A model generated the notes under the pieces. That model made no database searches. It saw only the letters and a program-made list of their open reading frames with translations, and was not told the DNA's origin. This document shows, in pieces, positions 27,438 to 38,617 of a DNA stretch of 64,000 nt (position 1 is its first letter; each line of letters begins with the position of its first letter). Source of the stretch: a virus. Position numbers and translations under genes: made by a program. The stretch is from positions 32,031-96,030 of IMG/VR virus record IMGVR_UViG_3300008117_000088; one strand, given 5' to 3'.

Positions 27438-28388
27438 TCAGAGGATTCCTCCGTAATATAAAGTAATTCCCATTAAAATTATCGGAATTACTAAAGCAAA
27501 GATGGCTTTGTAGTAGTCCTTAAGAGGAGTTCTAAAGTAACTTTTACCAACTACTAAACATTTATGGGCTGGGGACAGCATGTAGCCAGCGTAGTCAAAA
27601 GCAAAGAATAGTGGCAAAGTTTCAACGCCAAATACCCCTACAGAAAGTACAACAAAACCAGCAAACTTACTACTGCTTCCTAGAGCAAAACTGGCTAGAA
27701 AACCGGTAGCAGCAACTAAAAATAGTAGATTGTGTTGATGAGCGTCTTCTAACCACGCATTAATAGTTTCTATATTTGCTTTAATAATGTTGCTAAGAAC
27801 AATAACAATTGCCGTAAATACCAAAACTCTAGCGTAATCTATTAGCTGTTTACGATCTCGTTTCCAGTCGGCTTCAATTTGCCAAGGCTCTTTGTCTTTC
27901 TTTTTTAAAGGTTTTTCTGGAATTGATATCTCAATATCGTCTTCTTTTAAAACCTTAAATATGTAGAACAAAATAACAATTCCCGCAGTAGCTAATAGCG
28001 GCCATGTTTTACCTAGAAGCTCCCAATAACTAAGGCTGAGAGCTGCCATAGGTAGTAAAACAGTTGCCTCTAGCGGAGACCAAAAATAAAAGTGATGCGT
28101 AGATAGATAATCAATAATTCCGTAGTTCTTACGTTTTTTATAATCATCTGGGGCAATAGTGTCTAGAGCACCTGCCGATACAGCGACGCGACCTGAAATC
28201 GGTAGTACGCCCGAGAACAGAGAGATAAGAGCAACAACTGCTCTTTTTGATTTTATAGTTGTGGCAATCCAAGCATAGAAGGGCATAAATATTTGGCTCT
28301 TCTTTGCCGCAAAGGACAAAGCCATAACTGAAGCAAGAAGTAGAAGGTATTGCTGATTATCCAGCAACAACGAGGATGTAAACTCCAT
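27438..28388 (-). CDS. multi-pass membrane transporter (IT superfamily / DUF401-like)
   Basis: About 9 hydrophobic segments; GVLPISGRVAVSA, LGSSSKFAG, GYMLSPAHKCL. Confidence 0.7.
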   Translation of the reverse strand: MEFTSSLLLDNQQYLLLLASVMALSFAAKKSQIFMPFYAWIATTIKSKRAVVALISLFSGVLPISGRVAVSAGALDTIAPDDYKKRKNYGIIDYLSTHHFYFWSPLEATVLLPMAALSLSYWELLGKTWPLLATAGIVILFYIFKVLKEDDIEISIPEKPLKKKDKEPWQIEADWKRDRKQLIDYARVLVFTAIVIVLSNIIKANIETINAWLEDAHQHNLLFLVAATGFLASFALGSSSKFAGFVVLSVGVFGVETLPLFFAFDYAGYMLSPAHKCLVVGKSYFRTPLKDYYKAIFALVIPIILMGITLYYGGIL

Positions 28389-30000
28389 TCCACCATAACC
28401 TTTCGTTCTCGATACTGTTAAGTATCTTTTTAGAGTATACGGGTGTAAGACCCGCGGCTTTTACCGCGTCGTCTGCAGCCCGTACCGTATCTGTCCAATT
28501 CGCGTCATCGAACACCAGGATGGCCTGCTTGGCGAAGCAGTCCCTATAACGGGTCACGGTCTTATATATATGCTCGTACTCGTGAGGTCCATCATAGAAA
28601 AATAAATCTACATCTTTGATAGTAGACACATCAACTTCGTGCACATCTTCATTAATAATGTGCACCTTGTTGTTGCCGATATAAGGGGCTATATTCTTTT
28701 CAAATTCATTTTGATCATTTGGAGGCAGCTCGCCGTGTCGCTCTTCTACAGGCTGAAGGTCCTCTTCCCACATATCAATGAAATAGGCTTCGAGGTTATT
28801 GCCCGCTAAAGCAGCCGCACCGGTTGCGCCTAGATACGCTCCAACCTCAAGGTAAACCTTAGATTGTGAGGCTAAACCGTTTAAGAGCTGCTGAACTCTA
28901 CGGCTAGTCAAACCAGGAATGTCGATGTCCAGTTTTCTATTGACAGAGTCAACCAGCTCTCGGGTTACCACTAGGGTCCTGGGTTGGCGCTTATCTCCGT
29001 ACTTAGCTGCAACAATCTTGTCGCAGTATCCGCAGTCCCAGCAGTCAAATTTGCAAGTGCGAATTTTTTTACGCCAGATGTCTATAGGTTTATCTACCAA
29101 GTTAGTCTCTTCAATAAAATCTTTAAAATGGTCAAAAAGTATTTCTTTACCGGCTGCATAGTTTTTGATAATTTGCATAGTCTCTCTGAGACGAGACTTG
29201 GACTCTCTTCCATGCATCTTTATAACGTCTATGCCTAGATCGGTAAAAAAGTACTCCCAATCTTCACGCCATGGTGGGAAATTAGCTGTTTTTAAAGGCA
29301 CTGCTTGATCTTCGTATGTCCACTTCATACATGAAACGTGGCTAACAGGGTCGTGAAAATATTGTGGACCGTCTGTACGAGTGTTGTTAAATTGATAGTG
29401 CTCATCCATCATAGGGCATCCACCAAGACACCCCTCGTTGGCTAAAAGAGATAATTTAACTCCGTACTGTTCTTTAGCCTTTTTAAATCTCAGTAACTTT
29501 TCGTGATCTCTCATTAGATCTCGATCTAAGTTTATATAGTTAAACCCAGCCTTGGCTAAATGAGATATTTCTCTGGGTTCATTTACGTTTCTTAAAATAG
29601 TATTTTTAATAAAAATGCCGGGGAAAGCGTCTTGAATTTGACCCGTAGCTACCCAATGGGTGTGCGGAATAGTTACCGATTGTATGCCGGCATCATACAA
29701 AGGTTTAAAGTTTTGAATAAATAGATCTAAATTTTCTTGAGATGGGCGAACGTAAATATTGTTAAACACAGCAGATGCTGTAACCCCAGTAACTTCTTGT
29801 ATATATAGGGCAAGTTGATTTAGGTAATCCCAGTCTTCTTCACGACCGTTAAATACGTCCCCCATAGCGTCTTGAGTAAAAGGAGGAATGCGACAGGTAA
29901 AATAAAAATCATAAATATAAGGCTTATAGTCAATTAAAAAATTTATAAATTGTTCTGTCTCTGCTTCAGCCAATTTAGGGTTTAACGGAACGGTAAACAA
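28357..30000 (-). CDS. U32-family Fe-S protein fused to a class I SAM methyltransferase (Methyltransf_24-like)
   Basis: NLDRDL, LLANEGCLGGCP, DVIKMHGRE, CKFDCWDCGYC; then YLEVGAYLGAT, LFFYDGPH, LVFDD. Confidence 0.78.
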   Translation of the reverse strand: MFTVPLNPKLAEAETEQFINFLIDYKPYIYDFYFTCRIPPFTQDAMGDVFNGREEDWDYLNQLALYIQEVTGVTASAVFNNIYVRPSQENLDLFIQNFKPLYDAGIQSVTIPHTHWVATGQIQDAFPGIFIKNTILRNVNEPREISHLAKAGFNYINLDRDLMRDHEKLLRFKKAKEQYGVKLSLLANEGCLGGCPMMDEHYQFNNTRTDGPQYFHDPVSHVSCMKWTYEDQAVPLKTANFPPWREDWEYFFTDLGIDVIKMHGRESKSRLRETMQIIKNYAAGKEILFDHFKDFIEETNLVDKPIDIWRKKIRTCKFDCWDCGYCDKIVAAKYGDKRQPRTLVVTRELVDSVNRKLDIDIPGLTSRRVQQLLNGLASQSKVYLEVGAYLGATGAAALAGNNLEAYFIDMWEEDLQPVEERHGELPPNDQNEFEKNIAPYIGNNKVHIINEDVHEVDVSTIKDVDLFFYDGPHEYEHIYKTVTRYRDCFAKQAILVFDDANWTDTVRAADDAVKAAGLTPVYSKKILNSIENERLWWNGVYILVVAG

Positions 30001-30002
30001 GT

Positions 30003-30410
30003 TTAATCCTTATAGTAGTCGTTATACGGGACATAGCAGTCTATCTTATTTCTTAAAGAAAGAGCTTTTTCTCTATCTTCAGAAGTAAGGGTGTACTTGT
30101 ACTTTATCACCTCCGGATCAACTTCCCCTGTAGATTTGTTTACTACTTGTGGCACTTTTTCTAAATAGCGGTCTTTTAATTGCTCGTAAACTTCGGTATT
30201 TGGGCGCACAGTTATTTGAGAAACGTTTTCTGGGACCTCTACAAATCTCCAAGCAAATGCTTCTTCTTTAGTCAGTTCAACCCTAGAGCATCTAGCAGGA
30301 TCCACATCAGACTCTACTATGACCGCTAAATATGACCTACCAATTTCTTTAAATTTAAACAGATCTTTATATTTTAAATAATCGTCTAGAAATATAGCAA
30401 AGTACTTCAT
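30003..30410 (-). CDS. hypothetical protein
   Basis: Coupled ORF in U32 operon. Confidence 0.7.
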   Translation of the reverse strand: MKYFAIFLDDYLKYKDLFKFKEIGRSYLAVIVESDVDPARCSRVELTKEEAFAWRFVEVPENVSQITVRPNTEVYEQLKDRYLEKVPQVVNKSTGEVDPEVIKYKYTLTSEDREKALSLRNKIDCYVPYNDYYKD

Positions 30411-31189
30411 TCAATTTCCTTTACCGCTTCCTTACGTATTTTGTAAAGGTCTAAAACAGGTAAATCATTTTTAAGAGAAGGTAAAATTGCCTGTTCAATT
30501 CTTCCCATTTCAATTTTCATTTGATTACCGTAACTAATTGCAAGTTGTAAAGTTTCCTTAGCCGCGTTGTTATCCATCTGCAGTATGGCGTCCATATTAC
30601 CTATTCCAATTTGACCATAAGCCATCAAATCTAAAGAGGCCTGTCTTGCTAGTCTTACTATCCAATGATCCCTCTCTAGTTGAGAGTTTAAATACGGGTC
30701 TCTAATTGCGTCTAGTAAATCGGTACCATCTTCTAGATACGCAGATCCATCATCATACATTTCTTGAATCATTCTGAGGTATTGATCACGTTCGTATATT
30801 GTTTGACTCATACGACGCATGATTATAAGTCGTTCACGATCTAAATCTTTTATACGAGTTTTACATAATTTTTTAAACGCTACGGAGTCTGACTCATTTG
30901 CTCGTTCTTGCTCATAGTCTATTTCAGCTAATTTTTCTTCTAACTTTAGGACATGAACTTCTAAAGCCTCTTCACGAGAACGGAGTTCTAAAAGAAATTG
31001 TTTAAACTTTTGATATGGCGTAATCTGAGCATCGCCAACAAAATGCCTAGTTTTAAAATCAGATTGACTGTGCTCATAATTTGTCGCAACTTCAAGCCAC
31101 TTCTGTTGCGTGTCTGTTAAATGTTCTTTATTAGTCCCAATAGGACCAGGCAAAAGTTCTTGTTTTCTTTGCTCCATAGTAATCTCCAA
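30407..31189 (-). CDS. coiled-coil protein (possible fibre chaperone)
   Basis: QITPYQKFKQFLLEL, long helical; TATACT/TATAAT and GGAG upstream. Confidence 0.65.
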   Translation of the reverse strand: MEITMEQRKQELLPGPIGTNKEHLTDTQQKWLEVATNYEHSQSDFKTRHFVGDAQITPYQKFKQFLLELRSREEALEVHVLKLEEKLAEIDYEQERANESDSVAFKKLCKTRIKDLDRERLIIMRRMSQTIYERDQYLRMIQEMYDDGSAYLEDGTDLLDAIRDPYLNSQLERDHWIVRLARQASLDLMAYGQIGIGNMDAILQMDNNAAKETLQLAISYGNQMKIEMGRIEQAILPSLKNDLPVLDLYKIRKEAVKEIE

Positions 31190-31201
31190 TTATAGTATAA
31201 G

Positions 31202-32152
31202 TTAGTCACGCCAAGCACATGCGCCGGAAGAGCGCCCGCTAATACCCGATCCTCTCGGTTGCATTGTAGAACTGCCTTCAAATCCTGAATCTGTGGAATA
31301 GTTCCATCTCCAAGCACGGTTATTTTGAGCTCCGTCAAACATACCTAGCATGTAGGCATGTGCCTGACCCATGTCTAGATTTTCTTCCCCAGAGTTAGCA
31401 ATAGGTTTGCTGTGGTTAGAAACAACACTATCCGTAGCATAGTTCCATTTACGAAACGCGTTTCCTCCGTTATACGATCCCTCGTTGCCGGCCCAACCAA
31501 AACCAATTTTAGAACTATGTCCTTTTTGTTGGTGATGGTTTGCCGCAGAAGCCACGCCAGATTGAGCTTCGGTAGCATAAGTAAACTTTGTTGTTGTCCC
31601 TGAACCATTCCAAACATAGCCGTAGTTTTCACCATAGTGGTGTCCAGCGTTAGAATCGTTTAGCGCAGAGGACCCAATAGTTCCTGCAAAACCCTCAGTA
31701 GCAAGGTTAAACTTTGAAATTGTAGTGCTATTGCCAAATACATACGCCATCATTCCAAAACCGGTAACTGGATCTGAGGACTGCATACCTTCAGAGTCGT
31801 CATAGGTTTGGGGCATAGAGAAATCTCCAGTGTTTACGTTAGTTCTCATGTTGTATGAGGAAGCGGTTGAATAGCCTCCCATACCGCCAGTGTTCCAAAC
31901 AAAGTGACGGTTTGCGTTGTGACTTGACCCAATATACCCTCCAGCAGATGAAATCAAGTTACCCTGATCTACTGCAGAGTCTGTGGAGTGTTGAATATAG
32001 TTAACGTTAGTCCAAGGCTGGCTATTAATATAGCCACCTACAAGATACCCGCGGGTAATCACCTGTCGTAAAAGAAAACTCTTAACGCCTCTTGAACGAC
32101 CGCCAATTACTCCGGTACCACCACCGCGACTAGTAAGGTTAAAAAAGGGCAT
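31202..32152 (-). CDS. Gly/Asn/Ser-rich repeat protein, Kelch/beta-propeller-like
   Basis: About 6-7 repeats of G(Y/W)xxGG ... K(F/W)N(Y/L)ATD/E; follows the large fibre gene. Confidence 0.6.
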   Translation of the reverse strand: MPFFNLTSRGGGTGVIGGRSRGVKSFLLRQVITRGYLVGGYINSQPWTNVNYIQHSTDSAVDQGNLISSAGGYIGSSHNANRHFVWNTGGMGGYSTASSYNMRTNVNTGDFSMPQTYDDSEGMQSSDPVTGFGMMAYVFGNSTTISKFNLATEGFAGTIGSSALNDSNAGHHYGENYGYVWNGSGTTTKFTYATEAQSGVASAANHHQQKGHSSKIGFGWAGNEGSYNGGNAFRKWNYATDSVVSNHSKPIANSGEENLDMGQAHAYMLGMFDGAQNNRAWRWNYSTDSGFEGSSTMQPRGSGISGRSSGACAWRD

Positions 32153-32160
32153 TACTACTC

Positions 32161-35100
32161 CTAGTAGTTGAGGTTAGCTGAACCGAGAACCTGCCACGCT
32201 GATCCTAAACGGAGAAGCGTAAAGTTAAAGATATCAAGTTTGTTTGCGGTAGGTGATGGAGCAGTTCCGCCACCCCATTTAATAGTAACAGCGGATCCAC
32301 CAATCTGGAAGGCGCTTGGGTACCCAGCAGTTCCACCTTGGTTTTGGATAATAGATATTGACATTGTCTTATCATTATCGGTTGGTACGTCTGTCAAGTT
32401 TACTGTGTAGTTTCCAGAAACAGCTGTTCCGTTGTAGAACACGTTTGCTGTGTTATAGCTGATGGTCATAACTCCACCAGATACAGATGCGCTAGATGAA
32501 ATATCTTCACGCATTTCTTGAACGTCAAAGCGACCAGTGATGCGTGAGGTGCTGTTTAGGTTAACCGCTCCGTTAAATGTTGTAGTTCCAGTTACTGTTA
32601 AATCTGCGTTGGCAGTAACGTTTCCTGTAACTCCAAGAGTTCCAGCAATTGTTGTATTACCAGTGGTCTTATCTACGTTAAATTTGTTTGTGTTGACAGC
32701 AAGTGCGCCTGTTACAGCAAGATCGTTGCGTACTGTGGTTGTACCAGAAGTAGCACCCATAGTAATGGTAGTAGCTGCTTGACCTAGATTTAGGGTTGTA
32801 ACAGTTCCGTTTACTAGGTTAAAGGTTACCGCGGAGGTTGTAATATCTCCGCCGTTTACCGCTAGATCTCCCGTAAGAGTTGTGTTTCCAGTAACTCCAA
32901 GAGTTCCAGCTACAAGAGTGTCGCCACTTGATGCGGCTACCGTAAACTTATCGGTATTAACCGCAAAGTTTCCAGTAGAAGCAAGAGTGCCAGCAGCAGA
33001 AATGTTAGCCACTGCCTCAAGGCTTCCAAGCTTCAAGGTGTCGTATGCAATATCTACGCCGTTACCATAAGTATTCTGAGCATAATCAATAGAAGTTGTT
33101 GGCTCAGTGCTGATGTTAGATACTAGCTTCCATATGTTATCTGTGGCGTCTTTAGAGAAGGCACCGAAGCGTGTACGGGTTGCTGAAACTACTTGTGCTG
33201 TAGCCAAAGAACGGTTTACTGTAGCAGTTCCTGTTGGGGATACTGCAGCAGATGTTACGTTTGAGGCTGTCTTAGCGTAGCTAAATGTGTTAGTTGTTAC
33301 GCCAGTGATTGTATATGTTCCGTTAAATGTTGAGTCAACTCCAGTAATTTCTACAATCTCACCAGTTATAAAGTCGTGAGTTGCCGTAGTTGTAAGAGTT
33401 GCCACGTTAGCGGAGAGAATCTTGTTGCTAATGCTGTAGCTTACGTCACCAATTCTTGCGCTTGTAACTTGAGGAGCAGTCAATGCATAGCTAAATGTGG
33501 TCGCTGTGACCGCAGTAATTCCATATGTTCCGTTGAATGTAGCGTCTACTCCAGCAACTACTACTGAATCTCCTACCGCAAAGTTGTGGTTTGCAAAGGT
33601 TGTGAGAGTTGCTACGTTAGATGTTAAAGCTTTGTTTACAACAGACGCAGTTGGAATATTAGTTATTGCATACTTACCCTCTACAACAAGACCTAGGTCG
33701 TTTGTAGAAACTGTTGAATTATCACCAGTAAAGATAAACGGAGCAGTAACAGATAGGTTAGCGGTCGAAACCTGAGTTCCAGAACCACCAAAAGTAATGC
33801 TACCCGCAATATTTACGTCACCGACAATACCTACACCACCAACAACGGTGAGAGCACCAGTAGTTGGGGAAGTAGATGGGGTTGCAATTTCAATGTGTAC
33901 GCTTTGATCTGGCGTAATAATCATTTGAGCATTACCGCTATCAAATCCGCCAGCACCAAAAATAATCTTATTTTCAGAACCGTTTGCGCCAGTAGCAAAT
34001 ACTAGGTTTCCTTGACCGCCAGTGTTAAAGGTTGCGGTTCCAGTTGGAGTTACAGCAGTATTGCTTACGTTTGCGTTAGTCTTTGCATAACTAAAAGTAT
34101 TAGTTCCAGTTGCTGTTACGCGGTATTCTCCATTAAATGTGGCATCTACTCCAGTAACTACAACTTTTGCTCCAGGCTTAATAGAAGCTGGAAGGCTTGA
34201 TACTGTCAAGGTAGCTACGTTAGAAGTGATTGCCTTGCTTGTAATTGTTGCTGTTTCTGGCTTTGGAGCGTCATGGAATATATAAGCATCATTTGCGCCA
34301 GTAAGAGGGAATAGTGGGTCACCAAAATCAGAGCCGGTGATACCAAAGGATGCCCAACCATATTCATCCCAACCGTTGTCAGAGTAAACAATAAGGTCAG
34401 TTGAAGAAGTCTTATCTGCGTTTCTAAACGCAATTTGAGCAAATAGTTCTTGCTCTGTTCCATCATCAAAGTTAAATACTGCTGCAGCGTTTGAATATCC
34501 TAAATCAGTGAGGGCATCTTTTGCATTTTGACCAGCAACTACTTGACCTCCGATAACGGCGCTTTGCGCTACGTTAACGTGTTCTCCAATACCAACACCA
34601 CCATCTACTACAAGCGCACCAGTTGTTGTGCTTGAAGATGGAGTAGCAATATTAATTGAGACAACTTCATTTGGAGTGATTGTCATCTGTGAAGTTCCAG
34701 ACTCAAAACCACCAGCAGCAAATACAATTGCGTTTTGTAGACCAGTCTTATCAGTAGCAAAAACTAAATTGCCGTCACCAGCTGGCTTGTACACAACACC
34801 AAATTGAGATAAATCTTCTTCGCTAAATGGGGTAATTCCAGTTACCGCAAATGATGCAGTTGTAGAACTGACTGCGGTTAGTGTGTAAAGTCCACTAGGA
34901 ATATGGAAGAAATCAGTTTCTTCTCCAATATCCTCCAGCTTAATAACGTTTCCTACAGAGTATCCATGAGCTACTGTGGTAGTAATGGTGCAAGTTGATC
35001 CAATAACTCGAACTTTGCTTACATCTTTAGTATTGATTCGTGGAGCAGACATGAAAATGTATCCGTCATGTGGCCCTGTAATTCCAAAAGTTTCAGCAGA

Positions 35101-35763
35101 GAAGTTGTTGCTTGTAATTCCAAGGTCAATCCAACCAGAGTCGTTTGTTCCATCAGCCGTGTAAACAATTACGTCTGCTGACGCGTTTGCTCCATTGCTT
35201 GGATTTACCATTACTAATTGACCAAAATCAGAGGTACTTCTTGCAAACACAGACGCAACATCTGTAAGTTGTGCGGAAGTTTCAAAGTCTGCTGCAGCTT
35301 GACCTTGAGTAGTTCCCCAGTAACCTTTTGTTAAACGAGTTGTTGCGGTCCATGAGGGACTAGATCCGTTGGTAGTAAGGAGTCTATCAATATTTCCAGA
35401 TTGGTTTGGAAGTCCTTCTTGACCTAGTGCAATTAATTGAAGATTAGCATTTGATGAAGTTGATGGTGTTGCAAGAGAAGTGTGCTGGTTAATTACAATA
35501 AAAGTGCTAGTACCATCGGTAACAATGTCATTTTTATAGTAAAGGGTGTTACCTGTGTAAGTTCCTTCGTAAGAAACTCCTTCAGTTACTAAAACCCAAT
35601 TTGCAGTAGTAGTTGGTACAACACCTGTTGCTGAAGAGTTTGCAGTATAGGCGTATAGGTTAGGGCCATACTTGACTAGATCGTTGTACTCATACTCTGT
35701 CGAGGAGTTATAAACACCAGACCAGTTAAAGCGAATCTTTCCCAAATCAAGAATCTGGGCCAT
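32161..35763 (-). CDS. large tail/whisker fibre protein with internal repeats
   Basis: LDLGKIRFNWSG..NDLVKY N-terminal repeats; duplicated block; four inserted E1-FCCH-like modules; TGALxVxGGVGI repeats. Confidence 0.8.
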   Translation of the reverse strand: MAQILDLGKIRFNWSGVYNSSTEYEYNDLVKYGPNLYAYTANSSATGVVPTTTANWVLVTEGVSYEGTYTGNTLYYKNDIVTDGTSTFIVINQHTSLATPSTSSNANLQLIALGQEGLPNQSGNIDRLLTTNGSSPSWTATTRLTKGYWGTTQGQAAADFETSAQLTDVASVFARSTSDFGQLVMVNPSNGANASADVIVYTADGTNDSGWIDLGITSNNFSAETFGITGPHDGYIFMSAPRINTKDVSKVRVIGSTCTITTTVAHGYSVGNVIKLEDIGEETDFFHIPSGLYTLTAVSSTTASFAVTGITPFSEEDLSQFGVVYKPAGDGNLVFATDKTGLQNAIVFAAGGFESGTSQMTITPNEVVSINIATPSSSTTTGALVVDGGVGIGEHVNVAQSAVIGGQVVAGQNAKDALTDLGYSNAAAVFNFDDGTEQELFAQIAFRNADKTSSTDLIVYSDNGWDEYGWASFGITGSDFGDPLFPLTGANDAYIFHDAPKPETATITSKAITSNVATLTVSSLPASIKPGAKVVVTGVDATFNGEYRVTATGTNTFSYAKTNANVSNTAVTPTGTATFNTGGQGNLVFATGANGSENKIIFGAGGFDSGNAQMIITPDQSVHIEIATPSTSPTTGALTVVGGVGIVGDVNIAGSITFGGSGTQVSTANLSVTAPFIFTGDNSTVSTNDLGLVVEGKYAITNIPTASVVNKALTSNVATLTTFANHNFAVGDSVVVAGVDATFNGTYGITAVTATTFSYALTAPQVTSARIGDVSYSISNKILSANVATLTTTATHDFITGEIVEITGVDSTFNGTYTITGVTTNTFSYAKTASNVTSAAVSPTGTATVNRSLATAQVVSATRTRFGAFSKDATDNIWKLVSNISTEPTTSIDYAQNTYGNGVDIAYDTLKLGSLEAVANISAAGTLASTGNFAVNTDKFTVAASSGDTLVAGTLGVTGNTTLTGDLAVNGGDITTSAVTFNLVNGTVTTLNLGQAATTITMGATSGTTTVRNDLAVTGALAVNTNKFNVDKTTGNTTIAGTLGVTGNVTANADLTVTGTTTFNGAVNLNSTSRITGRFDVQEMREDISSSASVSGGVMTISYNTANVFYNGTAVSGNYTVNLTDVPTDNDKTMSISIIQNQGGTAGYPSAFQIGGSAVTIKWGGGTAPSPTANKLDIFNFTLLRLGSAWQVLGSANLNY

Positions 35764-36344
35764 TACAATACCTCCATCAACAATCTGCCGGTTGTTGCGT
35801 CGTAGCTATAGACGAACCTATTATAACTCCACATCCAGTTTACGTAATCGTCAGTTCTGGTCGAATACTTATCGGGCAACCGGATTGGATCATCACCGAT
35901 AATTGTGTCAATAGATGCCTTACCTGTCAGGCGATTCTGCTTTAAACCGTAAAAAATCTTATCAACCAAGTCTTCTACTGTAGGCGAGGCTGGGTCTATG
36001 TCAACAAAAGACTGCTGTGACGGGGTATCAATAATGTAAATAACACCAAACATATTTGGGTGGTATTGGCATTGATAGTAAAGGGTGTCTGGAGCGCTTT
36101 CTGGGACATCAAAGGTCAAAGTTCCTACTTGAGTTCCATTCCCAGAAACTCCTGAAGAATAGACCGTAGCTACGTTGTAGCTTCCGCCGGTTGTTTGAAT
36201 GTACATAGGATGCCCAGTAGCATTAATTTGAAAAACATACCGAGATCCTCTTTGTAGGGTTAGATTACTACCCATAAGACCTGAAATTACGTAATTGTTA
36301 CCTGCGTTAGTAACAACGTATGTTTGCGCTACAGCAGATGCCAT
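35763..36344 (-). CDS. cupredoxin-like virion protein
   Basis: GHPMYI ... LYYQCQYHPNMFG (H..C-X2-H-X2-M). Confidence 0.72.
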   Translation of the reverse strand: MASAVAQTYVVTNAGNNYVISGLMGSNLTLQRGSRYVFQINATGHPMYIQTTGGSYNVATVYSSGVSGNGTQVGTLTFDVPESAPDTLYYQCQYHPNMFGVIYIIDTPSQQSFVDIDPASPTVEDLVDKIFYGLKQNRLTGKASIDTIIGDDPIRLPDKYSTRTDDYVNWMWSYNRFVYSYDATTGRLLMEVL

Positions 36345-36772
36345 TAGTCTATGTTCTCCTTAAGTTCAATAGTAAGTTGAACAGCATTAGCCAGACGAGA
36401 TACGGCGTATAATTTATCGCCTGTTTGTAAAGTAAATTCTGTAGCAATCTTGTTAAAGTCCTGGTCAGAAGGTCCTGAATCTCCAACTCTAGAGTCTCCA
36501 GAAACCAAAGGAAGCACTAAGGCTTTAACTTTAAGCACCCTAGTTCTAGCCACTACTAAAGGTGCGTTTGAACCGCGCTTAACATAAAGTCGTACTGGAA
36601 TAATACCTAAATCTACATTTACTGCAGTTACTGACATAACTCTAGTTTTTGAAGTTGCTGTAAAAATAGAAGAAGCCGTAGATATGTTTGTATCTGATAC
36701 TAAATGATTGATACTTAAGGAATCTCCAGCAGCAACAGTTTCTGCTCCTACGGGATAAGCGTAACCTGGCAT
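36344..36772 (-). CDS. small beta-rich virion protein
   Basis: IFTA..VNV..LQTGDKLYA pattern shared with 36781 and 56945 ORFs. Confidence 0.6.
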   Translation of the reverse strand: MPGYAYPVGAETVAAGDSLSINHLVSDTNISTASSIFTATSKTRVMSVTAVNVDLGIIPVRLYVKRGSNAPLVVARTRVLKVKALVLPLVSGDSRVGDSGPSDQDFNKIATEFTLQTGDKLYAVSRLANAVQLTIELKENID

Positions 36773-36780
36773 TATGGCTC

Positions 36781-37107
36781 CTATCCTGCCTGTTCAATTC
36801 CTTGAACAAAATATGTGATTCCAGCTGGTCCCGCTATATAAATAGCATCGGTGTTATTTATGCCAAAGCGAAACGTTTCATAGCTATTGTACGCTGGAAG
36901 CGGTAATTTATGGGCTATCAATGCTCCACCAGTTTCACTACCAGTAGAAGTTTTAATTGTTACATAAATTTCAGCATCTAACGCATTTGTATTTGTAGCG
37001 ATAACTGAACAAAGATAATTTGCATCAGACGTCCAAATATTTGTTCCAGATCCAAAAGAAGTAGCTGATGTGGACTTGTGTATTGCTAAATTTTGAATAC
37101 CTGCCAC
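36781..37107 (-). CDS. small beta-rich virion protein
   Basis: SVIATN..YETFRFGINNTDAIYI..VQGIEQ. Confidence 0.6.
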   Translation of the reverse strand: MAGIQNLAIHKSTSATSFGSGTNIWTSDANYLCSVIATNTNALDAEIYVTIKTSTGSETGGALIAHKLPLPAYNSYETFRFGINNTDAIYIAGPAGITYFVQGIEQAG

Positions 37108-37108
37108 G

Positions 37109-38616
<1,508 letters not shown>

Positions 38617-38617
<1 letters not shown>

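Noticed and set aside
28357-30000. U32 as a collagenase processing the neighbouring collagens
   Set aside because: The collagenase label is historical; well-characterised U32s are Fe-S hydroxylases and the methyltransferase fusion fits modification. Not strictly excluded.
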